Assembly: GCA_048937405.1 (NCBI GenBank)
Contig: JBHLNF010000006.1
Span: 96,001-160,000, forward strand
Direction: 5' to 3'
Origin: Promethearchaeota archaeon
GTDB lineage: Archaea; Asgardarchaeota; Lokiarchaeia; Sigyniarchaeales; SOKP01
DNA length: 64,000 nt
This document shows, one piece after another, positions 30,952-40,969 of the stretch (position 1 is its first letter; every line of letters begins with the position of its first letter). Both the position numbers and the translations under genes were made by a program. Below the pieces are notes generated by a model. The model saw nothing but the letters and a program-made list of their open reading frames with translations. It had not been told where the DNA came from and searched no databases.

Positions 30952-31125
30952 ATGACGTTAAAAGCAAATGAGGTAAAAATTTTATTAGCACAGAAAGATA
31001 AGGAAGAAATTTGTCCTATTTGTGGGACTAGAATTGAAGATGATTGCTATATCTATAGACATAAGGCCCCTAGTGGATATCAATGTTTTAAATGTGGTTA
31101 TTATTATTTCGGTACTGGAATATAA
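30952..31125 (+). CDS. 57-aa zinc-ribbon microprotein (not in ORF track)
   Basis: MTLKANEVKILLAQKDKEEICPICGTRIEDDCYIYRHKAPSGYQCFKCGYYYFGTGI; CPICG and CFKCG; ends 31 nt before the hdrD-like gene. Confidence 0.7.
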   Translation: MTLKANEVKILLAQKDKEEICPICGTRIEDDCYIYRHKAPSGYQCFKCGYYYFGTGI

Positions 31126-31156
31126 TTTTTTAATAATTCAAATATGAGCAACGAAT

Positions 31157-32362
31157 ATGTTAGATTCACAGGAAATAATTAAAAATATAAGTTCTTTTAC
31201 TAATTATTGTTATAGTTGTAATCGATGTGTTAATGTATGTCCACTTTCTCACTTAGACATCTTTTATCCTAAAGATTTAGTTTCAGATTTAAATTTTTTA
31301 ACAATAGAAGAAGTTATAGAAGAAAATAATATTTGGAATTGTTTAACTTGTGGACAATGTTCAATTTACTGTCCTATGACTCGTGAAAATGAGGGTGTGA
31401 GAATACCAGAATTAATTTTAGAATTAAGAAAAATTTCGAATAAAAACAATTCAGAAATAAAAAAGATTGTTAAATGCGAAACTCATAATGATATTTTCAC
31501 TTTGATTTCTAAAATTATGGCACGTAATCCTTCAAGTCCAAATAAATTAGATTTTCTAAAGAAAAATGAATTAAAAACTACAACATCAGGCGAAATTGCA
31601 TATTTTGTTGGATGCTTATCTATAATGGATGATCTTTTCTATAATTTTGATATCAATTATACAGATATTCCTGTAACAATTATAAATTTACTTAATGAAA
31701 ATGGTATAAATCCAGTAGTTCTAGATGAAAAATGTTGTGGACATGATATTTTATGGGGTAGAGGTGATAATGAAACATTTAGAAAGCTTGCTGAATATAA
31801 TACTCAACTTTATAAAAATGCAGGAGTAAAGACTATTATTGTTGGATGTGCTGAAGGATATAGAACATGGAAATATGATTATCCGAAAATAATTGAAGAC
31901 TTTGACTTTGAAGTTTTACATTTTTCCGAATTCTTTCTTAGAGAAAATATTCTTAAAAATATAAAATATACCCATAATTCTAAGATTAACGTAACATATC
32001 ACGATTCTTGCCGATTAGGGCGTCTAGGAGGAAAATTGTATGATACCCCAAGGGAATTAATAAAGAAAATTCCAGGAGTAAAATTAATTGAAATGGAAAA
32101 TAATAAAGATGATGCTAATTGTTGTGGCGTTTCAGCATTTACAAATTGTAGTGAATACACACGTTATATAAGACAAAATCGTATTAATGAAGCGATTGAA
32201 ACTGGAGGGGAATATTTAATTGTTCCCTGTCCTAAATGTCTGACACATTTTAATTGTTATTTAAATGAATTGTCTCTCAATAAAGAGCATAATAAACGTT
32301 CTAGTAATATAAAAGTAATTGATTTAGCCAGTTTTATAGGCAAATTGCTAATGATTGTATAG
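31157..32362 (+). CDS. HdrD/GlpC-like heterodisulfide reductase (2x[4Fe-4S] + 2 CCG domains)
   Basis: CYSCNRCVNVCP, CLTCGQCSIYCP, EKCCG, YHDSCRLGR, NCCG, CPKC. Confidence 0.88.
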   Translation: MLDSQEIIKNISSFTNYCYSCNRCVNVCPLSHLDIFYPKDLVSDLNFLTIEEVIEENNIWNCLTCGQCSIYCPMTRENEGVRIPELILELRKISNKNNSEIKKIVKCETHNDIFTLISKIMARNPSSPNKLDFLKKNELKTTTSGEIAYFVGCLSIMDDLFYNFDINYTDIPVTIINLLNENGINPVVLDEKCCGHDILWGRGDNETFRKLAEYNTQLYKNAGVKTIIVGCAEGYRTWKYDYPKIIEDFDFEVLHFSEFFLRENILKNIKYTHNSKINVTYHDSCRLGRLGGKLYDTPRELIKKIPGVKLIEMENNKDDANCCGVSAFTNCSEYTRYIRQNRINEAIETGGEYLIVPCPKCLTHFNCYLNELSLNKEHNKRSSNIKVIDLASFIGKLLMIV

Positions 32363-32402
32363 GTTAAAATAAAATTAATAAAATTTTTAAAAGCTGTTTT
32401 AT

Positions 32403-35400
32403 ATGTCAAATTTCCAGAGTGATGTTTTGGTTATAGGAGGAGGAATCTCTGGTATACAAGCATCCCTAGATTTAACAAAATTAGGATTTAAGGTATATTT
32501 AGTTGAAATTAAACCAACTATTGGCGGAACGATGGCACAATTAGATAAAATATACCCTACGCTTGATTGTAGTTTATGTATCCTAGCACCAAAAATGGTT
32601 GATGTGTATAGAGATCCAAATATCAAATTGTTAACTTATTCATATGTTAAAAAAATCGATGGAACTGCTGGAGATTATACAATTACAGTTATTAAAAAAC
32701 CAAGATATATAAATGAAAATATCTGTAAGGGATGTGGTGATTGTGAAAATGTTTGTCCAGTTAGAGGAATCCCTAGTGATTTTGATACTAATTTAAAAAC
32801 CCGAGCAGCTGCTTATATTCCTTTTCCATCATCAGTACCTCCAGTATATCTTATTGATGAATCAAGATGTTTATATCTAAATCATCAAATATGTGGACTT
32901 TGTGCCAAAGTTTGTAGCGCAGATGCTATAGATTTTTTTCAAAAACCAGAAGAAATAACTCTAAAGGTAGGAGCCATTGTTATTGCAACAGGAACAAGTC
33001 AACAAATGCCAGAAGTTTACAAAAATTTTGCTGGGGAATCTCCCAATGTTTTGTCTAACATGCAATTTGAACGCCTATTATCCGCAAATGGACCTACTGG
33101 AGGGCAAATATTAAGATTAGATGATAAAAAACACCCTGATTCAATCGCATTTATTCAATGTGTAGGATCTCGAGATTTTCATCATCCTGAATGTAAAAAA
33201 TATTGTTCAGCGATATGTTGTATGAATTCGGCTAAAGAAGCAATTGTATGCAAGGAACATAATTCAAATATAGAATGTTATATTTTCAATACAGAAATAA
33301 GAGCAAAAGGTAAAAATTTTAATGAATTTATTGAAAAGAGTAAAGATGAATATGATATTAAATATGTAAATGGTCATGTTTCATATATTAAAGAAAATTT
33401 AGATAATGGAAAATTAAGATTATATTATGAAGATATTAATAAAGGTACAGTTGGTACTTTTGAAGTTGATATGGCTGTATTAGCTAGTGCCTTGTCTCCA
33501 GCTCCCTCTTATTATGAATTTTTAAAACAACACAATTTAGATAAGAATCATTTAGGATATATTCGTGAAGAAGATATAAAGTTACTTGAGAAAAAGAATG
33601 TATTTGTAACTGGTAATTCACGTAAACCTAATGATATTCAAATGGCTGTTGCAGATGGTTCTGCATGCGCCGCTAAAATAAGTGAAAGATTTTATCCTCT
33701 AAGATTTAAAAATATACAGAAAGTTAAGTATCCTCCTGAAATACCAGTAAGTTTAGAAGATGAGCCTCGCGTAGGTATATTAGTTTGCCAATGTGGGATA
33801 AATATCGGAGGTATTGTTGATGTTCCTAAAGTAGTAGAGTATGTCTCAAAATTACCATATGTAGTCCATGTTGAAGAAAATATGTATTCATGTAGTTCTG
33901 ATTCCCAAGAACTATTTAAAAAATTAATTTTGAAACATAAACTCAATAGATTCATTGTTGCGTCTTGTACTCCTCGAACACATGAACAACTTTTTAAGAA
34001 TACTCTCAGAGAGGTTGGATTGAACCCGTATTTATTTGAATTAGTTAATATAAGAAATCAAGCTTCTTGGGTACATATGAAGGAACCTGAAAAGGCTACT
34101 AAAAAGGCTTGTGATTTAATTAGAATGTATTTAGCCAAAGTAATTAATTTAAAACCATTAGAAATGATTAAAGTTAAAGTTGAAAAATCAACAATGATAA
34201 TCGGTGCTGGAATATCAGGTATAACTGCTGCTCATAATTTAGCAAATCAAGGATTCAAAGTTTATCTTATCGACAATAAATCTACTCTTGGTGGTAGCGC
34301 ACTAGAGTTTGTTGATCTATATTATATAGCTATTACTAAAAATGAAATTTTGCAGCATATTGATGATTTAAAAAATAATTCAAATGTTAAAATTTTATTT
34401 AACACAGATATTATTGATGTTCAAGGTTATGTGGGAAATTATAAGGTAAAAGTTAAAAATACAAAAGATAATTCTGAAGAACAAATAATAAAGGTTGGCA
34501 CTATAATAGTTGCTACAGGAACTAAGCAGATTAAAACAATTAAATGGAAAAGTTTAGCAGAAAAATATCCTAATCGCGTACTTACTCAAACAGAACTAAC
34601 TGGAATGAAAGATGAGGAAGTTCCTAAGTTTAAAGATGTTACTATAATATTATGCGTAGATCAAAGAAAAGATAAATTAAATAACGCAAGTTATATAAAA
34701 ACATATTGCTCAAATATATGTTGTGGAGTAGCCTTAAAAAATATAGAAAAGTTATTGAAAATTAATCCTGATGCGCAAATTCATATTTTATATAGAGAAC
34801 TTCAATTTTCAGATTTAAATGCCGAAAATTTATGTCGAGGGCTTCGAAATAAAGCTACTTATGAAAGATATCAATCGATTGATGATATCAAAATTATTAG
34901 TATAAATAATCACTTTCATATTAAGTATAAGAATATAAGTGCTCAAACGGATATTGAGTACGATACCGATTTATTAATATTAGCAACTCCTAACGTTCCT
35001 ACTAAAGATACTGAAAGATTATCAAAAATGTTAAAAGTAACAACAAATAAAGATGGATTTTTCTTAGAAGCTGATGCGAAACTCAGGCCAATAGATTTTG
35101 CTACAGAAGGAATCTTTCTTTGTGGTGGTGCTCATTGGCCCAAATGGATTCAAGAGAGTATCATCCAAGCATATGGCGCAGCAGGGAGAGCCGCAATAAT
35201 AATGGTGAAAGGAGAAATAGAAACAGAATGCATTACATCTCATATAAATGAAGAAAAATGTATTGGATGTGGTAAATGTATTGAGGTTTGTCCATACAAT
35301 GCAATAGAATTAATTGAGAGTAATAAACAAATGGGTCTATATAGCATGAAGTTAAGAAAAGCGCATATAATTAAAGCACTTTGTAAAGGATGTGGATCAT

Positions 35401-35546
35401 GTGTTACAGAATGTTCCGTTGGAGCCATTGATCAGAATCATTTTAGTAAATTCCAAATTAGTAAAATGATTGATTTAATGTCCGATATAGATATAATAGA
35501 GTATGAATCTATTACATTTAGGAGGAACTATGTTGTTGGAAACTAA
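32403..35546 (+). CDS. hdrA: Large tandem HdrA-like flavoprotein (two FAD modules)
   Basis: GGGISG, PTLDCSLC, QCVGSR, YCSAICC, CQCG, ASCTPRTH, second GAGISG, YCSNICC, LRPIDFATEGIF, C-terminal ferredoxin. Confidence 0.9.
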   Translation: MSNFQSDVLVIGGGISGIQASLDLTKLGFKVYLVEIKPTIGGTMAQLDKIYPTLDCSLCILAPKMVDVYRDPNIKLLTYSYVKKIDGTAGDYTITVIKKPRYINENICKGCGDCENVCPVRGIPSDFDTNLKTRAAAYIPFPSSVPPVYLIDESRCLYLNHQICGLCAKVCSADAIDFFQKPEEITLKVGAIVIATGTSQQMPEVYKNFAGESPNVLSNMQFERLLSANGPTGGQILRLDDKKHPDSIAFIQCVGSRDFHHPECKKYCSAICCMNSAKEAIVCKEHNSNIECYIFNTEIRAKGKNFNEFIEKSKDEYDIKYVNGHVSYIKENLDNGKLRLYYEDINKGTVGTFEVDMAVLASALSPAPSYYEFLKQHNLDKNHLGYIREEDIKLLEKKNVFVTGNSRKPNDIQMAVADGSACAAKISERFYPLRFKNIQKVKYPPEIPVSLEDEPRVGILVCQCGINIGGIVDVPKVVEYVSKLPYVVHVEENMYSCSSDSQELFKKLILKHKLNRFIVASCTPRTHEQLFKNTLREVGLNPYLFELVNIRNQASWVHMKEPEKATKKACDLIRMYLAKVINLKPLEMIKVKVEKSTMIIGAGISGITAAHNLANQGFKVYLIDNKSTLGGSALEFVDLYYIAITKNEILQHIDDLKNNSNVKILFNTDIIDVQGYVGNYKVKVKNTKDNSEEQIIKVGTIIVATGTKQIKTIKWKSLAEKYPNRVLTQTELTGMKDEEVPKFKDVTIILCVDQRKDKLNNASYIKTYCSNICCGVALKNIEKLLKINPDAQIHILYRELQFSDLNAENLCRGLRNKATYERYQSIDDIKIISINNHFHIKYKNISAQTDIEYDTDLLILATPNVPTKDTERLSKMLKVTTNKDGFFLEADAKLRPIDFATEGIFLCGGAHWPKWIQESIIQAYGAAGRAAIIMVKGEIETECITSHINEEKCIGCGKCIEVCPYNAIELIESNKQMGLYSMKLRKAHIIKALCKGCGSCVTECSVGAIDQNHFSKFQISKMIDLMSDIDIIEYESITFRRNYVVGN

Positions 35547-36009
35547 AAAAGCAAGTCAATTTGAATATGAACCTAATATTCTAGTATTTTGTTGTAATTG
35601 GTGTAGTTATGCGGGAGCTGACTTAGCGGGGGTTTCGAGATTCCAATATCCACCAAATATTAGGATTATTAGAGTTATGTGTTCTAGTAGAGTTGAGCCC
35701 ACGTTTGTTTTAAGAGCATTTAATAATGGAATAGACGGAGTGTTAGTTATTGGTTGTCATATGGGTGACTGTCATTATATAAAAGGATTCAAATATACAC
35801 AAAACAGAATGGACCATTTAAAAAAGATAATTAAATATATTGGAATTGAAGAAGAACGATTTGAACTACATTCTATTTCTGCAAGTGAAGGAAAACAATT
35901 TTCTGAGCTAATTACAGATTTTACAAATAAAATTATTGATTTAGGAGAATTGAAAATTCCAAAAAAATCTGGAATAATTGAATTAGATTATAATATCAAA
36001 AAAAATTAA
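35530..36009 (+). CDS. mvhD: Methyl-viologen-reducing hydrogenase delta subunit ([2Fe-2S])
   Basis: FCCNWCSYAGAD, RVMCSSRV, GCHMGDCHY; SD GGAGG before ATG 35530. Confidence 0.92.
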   Translation: MLLETKKASQFEYEPNILVFCCNWCSYAGADLAGVSRFQYPPNIRIIRVMCSSRVEPTFVLRAFNNGIDGVLVIGCHMGDCHYIKGFKYTQNRMDHLKKIIKYIGIEEERFELHSISASEGKQFSELITDFTNKIIDLGELKIPKKSGIIELDYNIKKN

Positions 36010-36023
36010 AAAGAGGAAAAAAA

Positions 36024-37148
36024 ATGACTGAATCAGAATTTCAAAAAGTAATAAGAAGTAATATACCCACTTTTGAGGATCTTGAAAATGAAATAATTCA
36101 AACTAAAAAATGTTGTGCATGTGGAGCATGTATAGCATATTGTGAAAGTCAAGGTTTTGATGTTATCGAAATGATTGATAATACGCCTAGGTTTAAATCT
36201 ATAAAGAGTATTGATAATTGCAATAAATGTGGTATTTGCTATTATATATGTCCTCAAACTAAAACATTAATAAAGGAACTAAATAATACTTATTATATTC
36301 ACGATAATACAGGACTTATTAGAAAAATCCTAGCTGCTAAAAGTACAAACTCAGCATTAAAAGAAGTTAAACAAAATGGAGGGATAGTTACAGCAATTCT
36401 TTCTTATCTTTTTAAAAAACATAAAATTGATGCAGCTATTGTTTCGGAATTTAATGATAATCTTGAACCTGTTCCAAAAATTATATTTGATAAAGAAGAC
36501 TTATTTAAATCAGCAGGTACACGATATTCTATTTCTCCTCAAATATTTCCATTAAAAAATATTAATAAATTACCCCAGGAGATTCTTAAAAAAAAGGAGA
36601 TATTTAATATTGACCAGCTTAGATTAGCATTTATAGGGACACCCTGCCAATGTAGAGCTATAAGTAAAATGAAATTCTTATATGTTAAACCAGCTCACGT
36701 AATTAAATATATTATAGGCCTGTTTTGTTTTGAAAATTTTAATTATTCTCAGTTGTATGATATTATAAAACGAGAAACTAATGTTGATCCAACCAATATC
36801 AAAAAAACTTGGATAAAAAAGAATTTTTTTCTCCAAACCAAAGACAATCAACAATATGAAATTAACATAAAAACTCTAAATCCTGCTGTTAGAAGTAATT
36901 GCTTTAAGTGTGATGAATTCACAGGGAGATTTACAGATATCAGCGTTGGGGCATCTGGTGCTCCAGAAGGATATTCTATGATATTAATTCGGAGTGAACG
37001 TGGTGAAAAAGTAATAAATAGCATGCTTTCAAAAGATATAATCAAACAATTTATTATTCCATATGACAAGACTCTTCAGTGGAAGAACAAAAAATTAGAG
37101 TGGTTTAATAAATTAATTTTCTTAAAAATTAAAAATTCTAAAATTTAA
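36024..37148 (+). CDS. FrhB/FdhB-family F420-binding subunit
   Basis: N-terminal ferredoxin, QNGGIVT, AGTRYS, IGTPCQ, IGLFCFENF, DISVG. Confidence 0.88.
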   Translation: MTESEFQKVIRSNIPTFEDLENEIIQTKKCCACGACIAYCESQGFDVIEMIDNTPRFKSIKSIDNCNKCGICYYICPQTKTLIKELNNTYYIHDNTGLIRKILAAKSTNSALKEVKQNGGIVTAILSYLFKKHKIDAAIVSEFNDNLEPVPKIIFDKEDLFKSAGTRYSISPQIFPLKNINKLPQEILKKKEIFNIDQLRLAFIGTPCQCRAISKMKFLYVKPAHVIKYIIGLFCFENFNYSQLYDIIKRETNVDPTNIKKTWIKKNFFLQTKDNQQYEINIKTLNPAVRSNCFKCDEFTGRFTDISVGASGAPEGYSMILIRSERGEKVINSMLSKDIIKQFIIPYDKTLQWKNKKLEWFNKLIFLKIKNSKI

Positions 37149-37212
37149 TCAAGATATATTTATCAAATTAATATATTTTGGATTAATGAAAAAATTTATT
37201 ACATATTTTTTT

Positions 37213-37283
37213 TCTGAAAACCCATGCGAGGGGTTAGTCTCCTCTCAACTATCATTTTTCTGAGAAGTTCATTCTATTTCAGA
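37213..37283 (-). promoter_or_regulatory. Eukaryote-like SECIS element immediately 3' of the Sec-HdrA stop
   Basis: Minus strand: TCTGAAA TAG A ATGA A CTTCTCAG AAAAATGATAG TTGAGAGG A GA CTA ACCC CTCGCAT GGGT TTTCAGA; AUGA/GA core, 8-bp upper stem, A-rich loop, closing TCTGAAA/TTTCAGA stem. Confidence 0.8.
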
Positions 37284-39320
37284 TTATATCTGGTAAGGAG
37301 CTAATGATTCAATCTTTTTCCAAATAAGCTCAATAGAATCAATATATTCTTCTTTATACTCGAGCTCAGTATTACAAATTCCTTTTATTTCTTCGATAAT
37401 TTGTCTATCTCGATAATATTTAAGATCAATTGCTCGAGCTGGACATGATGATATACAAACTCCACACCCTTTGCATTTTAATTCATCTACTTCCGCAATA
37501 TTCTTTCCATTGACTTTTATAGCCTTATAATTACATAACTTTTCACATCTACCGCATCCAACACAGAGATCCTCGTCAATTTCAGCAATTATTAATTCTT
37601 GAGTTATTGTATCTTTAGAGAGTAAAGTTGATGCTTTGCTTGCAGCAGCTAAAGCAGTTGATACTGAATAAGGGATGTTTTTAGGTCCAACAGCACAACC
37701 ACATATATAGATTCCTAGGTTTTTAGTTTCTTGGGGTTTTAAACAACCATGAAATTCAGTTAAAAATCCATTTATATCTTTAGCCACATTTAAAGTTTCA
37801 ATTAATTTGGCTGATGATTTAGAAGGAACCATTCCTGTAGATAATACTATTAAATCAGCTTCCATATTAATGAAATCATTTGTTAAAGTGGAAGAAGCAG
37901 TAACTTTTATTTTCTTAGTGTTTTGATCCTCTCTAATATCTCCTACTTTTCCTCGAATCATTATTATACCCGCTTCTCTCGCTCTTCTATAATATTCTTC
38001 ATTCCCTTTATCCCATGTTCGTATATCTATATAAAAAATAACTATTTCTATATCGGGATATTCACTTTTTAATAATTGAGCATTTTTAAGAGCAACATTA
38101 CAACATACTCCTGAACAGTAGTTATTTCCCTTTAAAGATCTTGAACCTACACATTGAATCATAACAACAGTTTTAGGGATTTTTCCATCAGAAATTCTAT
38201 AAACATGACCTCCTGTTGGTCCAACAGGACTTAATATGCGTTCTAATTCTATTTGAGTAATAACATCAGGATAAATACCATATTGATATTCATTAGTTTC
38301 TATAATTGGATATTCATCCCATCCTGTAGCAATAATTACCGCACCGACCTTTACATCTATATATTCTGTCTCTTGTTCTAAACTAATGGCTCCAGCAGGG
38401 CAAATTCTCTGACAATTTTTACATTCTATGCATGCTTGTTTATCAATTAAGGCAATTTTAGGGACAGCTTGAGGAAAAGGAATGTAAATTGCACCTCGCT
38501 CACCAATACCCCTATCAAACTCACTAGGTACTTTTACTGGGCATTTAGTTGTACATAAACCACATCCAGTACATTTGCTTTCATCAACATATCGAGGATT
38601 TTTCTTTATTTTAACATTATAATCCCCAGGGATGCCATTAAATTCAACAATATCACTATACGTATATAAGTTGATGTTAGGATGTTTTGATGTATTAACC
38701 ATAATAGGGGCTAAAACTCATATAGCACAATCGTCTGTAGGATAAATTCGATCCAATTGTGCCATTTTTCCGCCAATTGTGGCTTCTTTTTCAACTAAAT
38801 GCACATTAATTCCCTGATTTGCTACATCCAACGCAGCATTCATTCCTGCAATACCCGCACCTATTACTAATACTGCCTTTTCTACTGGAATTCTTTTATA
38901 AGGTATAATCTCTAATTCTCTGGCACGATTTATCCCTGCTTGTATTAGTCTAATAGCTTTTTCAGTAGTATTTCGTTTATTTCCTGATTGAGTAAATGAA
39001 CATTGTTCACGGAGATTAACCATTTGCAAGAAATATGGGTTTAATCCTGCTTCAATTAATACATTTCGGTATGTGGATTCATGAATTTTTGGTGAACAAG
39101 CTGCAACAACAACACGATTCAAGTCTAAATCTAAAATGTCATTTTTAATAATATTTTGTCCTGGATCGCTACAAGTAAAATCATTTACTTTAGCAACAAT
39201 TACATTTGGAATTGCTTCAACATAGTCTCTAATAAGATCACAATCAATGCTATTGCTTATATTAACTCCTCATCTACAAATATATACTCCGATTCTTACT
39301 ATGGTCTGTAATTCAGACAT
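37284..39320 (-). CDS. hdrA: Selenocysteine-containing HdrA (678 aa; U17 and U201)
   Basis: One frame from ATG 39320 (MSELQTIVRIGVYICR*GVNIS...) through both ORF-track fragments; TGA at 39270-39272 (CR*G = CxCG) and 38718-38720 (DCAI*VLAP = DCSLCILAP in the paralog); downstream SECIS. Confidence 0.9.
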
Positions 39321-39752
39321 ATTATCAACCTTTTAAAATGTCACCAAATTCATTTCTTTATTAAAAATCAAAATTCTAATTTATTGAGAAAATTTACTTA
39401 AAAGTAATTATAATTTTTTCAAAGACTATTTTCCTATTATTTAGTCAGGTAAGAACAATTTAAGAGATTTGAAAAGAAAAATTTAAATTATTTTGACAAA
39501 TTTGATAGTCATTTATCAAACAATTTTTTGGTTTTGATCTCTACTTGATCTGATTCCCAAACTATATTTATTATTTATATAATAAGATATAAGGTATTGG
39601 ATCATCTTATTTTATCAATATCGACAATTAGATAGATAAAATAGATCATATTTAAATATCTTGACAACAATATTAATCATGGTAAATAAAAGAATTATTA
39701 AAATTATCTTTAAGATTTTTAAAATTACAAAAAAAATTGGTGATATTAAAAA

Positions 39753-40871
39753 ATGAGTATAAAGAGTTTTAATGATTTAATTGAAGAGGTCCATAAACCT
39801 GGGATTTGCCAAGAATGTGGAGGATGTGTTAGTTTTTGTAATGCATTAGAATATGATGTGATTGGGTTTGTTAAATCTAATTCCCCTCCAGAATATATAA
39901 ACAAGGATAAGTGCCTCGGGTGTGGAATATGTTATATTATTTGTCCACAAACTCACGTTTTAGATGACGATCTCAATAACGAATATAAATTTTCAGATTA
40001 TATTAAAATGCCATTAGGATATGTCAATTCGCTTTACTCATGCCAAGCTACAGATAGTGAATTTTTGAAACATGGAACAGATGGCGGAGTTGTAAATTCA
40101 ATTATTAATTATTTAATTGAAAAAAAAATAATTGATGGAGCAATTGTGGCAAAAACAAAATTGCCTTTCTCAAGAGAAGCTACTATAGTTGAAAATAAAG
40201 AAGAATTAATTGAGGCTTCAGGTATAAAATTAGACATATCTCCACAATTAGATAGTGTTCAGAAATTTCATACATATACAAATTCTTTACCTAAATTAAA
40301 AACTCAAAAAGTTAGGAAATTAGCATTAGTAGGGACGCCATGTCAGATTTACACTATTAGATGTATGCAAAGTTTAGGTATTATTCCCTCTGAAAATATA
40401 GAAATTTGTTTAGGATTGTTTTGCTACGAGAATTTTTTCTTTGATAAGAGAAAGGTTGAGAAATTTGAGAAAGATTTTAATATAAAATTCAAAGATATTG
40501 AAAAAATAAACATTAAAGAAGATTTAATTGTTAATTTAAAGAATAATAAAATTATTCATATACCATTTAACAAACTAAAGGATTATATGCGTAAAGCTTG
40601 CTCTGTATGTAAAGATTTCACTAATATTTATGCCGATATTTCTTTTGGAGGATTAGGATCCCCCAAGAAATTTACAACTGTAATCACTCGTACTAAAAAG
40701 GGAGAAAATATTTTTAATAAAGTTTTAAATTCAGGGATTATCAAAAGTTTAAAATTAGATATAAATTCCAAAAATGAAATAAAGGAAAAAATTACCCAAT
40801 TTTCTCTCTCAAAATTAAAACGAACAGAACAAAGTTTGAATCATAAATTATCAACGCAAGACCATAATTAA
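39753..40871 (+). CDS. FrhB-family F420-binding subunit
   Basis: CQECGGCVSFC, CLGCGICYIICP, TDGGVV, VGTPCQ, LGLFCYENF, ADISFGGLG. Confidence 0.88.
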   Translation: MSIKSFNDLIEEVHKPGICQECGGCVSFCNALEYDVIGFVKSNSPPEYINKDKCLGCGICYIICPQTHVLDDDLNNEYKFSDYIKMPLGYVNSLYSCQATDSEFLKHGTDGGVVNSIINYLIEKKIIDGAIVAKTKLPFSREATIVENKEELIEASGIKLDISPQLDSVQKFHTYTNSLPKLKTQKVRKLALVGTPCQIYTIRCMQSLGIIPSENIEICLGLFCYENFFFDKRKVEKFEKDFNIKFKDIEKINIKEDLIVNLKNNKIIHIPFNKLKDYMRKACSVCKDFTNIYADISFGGLGSPKKFTTVITRTKKGENIFNKVLNSGIIKSLKLDINSKNEIKEKITQFSLSKLKRTEQSLNHKLSTQDHN

Positions 40872-40969
40872 GGAATTCTAATAATAAAGAAGAAAAATTT
40901 TTTTATAATCTAAAAAGTAAAAATAAAAATATTTATCTTATAAAAGGAAAAAGAAGATGATTAAAAAAG

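Noticed and set aside
35503-36009. MvhD as a selenoprotein (VhuD-like)
   Set aside because: All expected positions are Cys codons; no in-frame TGA
37284-39320. HdrA as a pseudogene or as two separate genes (37284..38702, 38718..39122)
   Set aside because: Both stops are TGA, in frame, at conserved Cys positions, with a SECIS-like element downstream; no frameshifts
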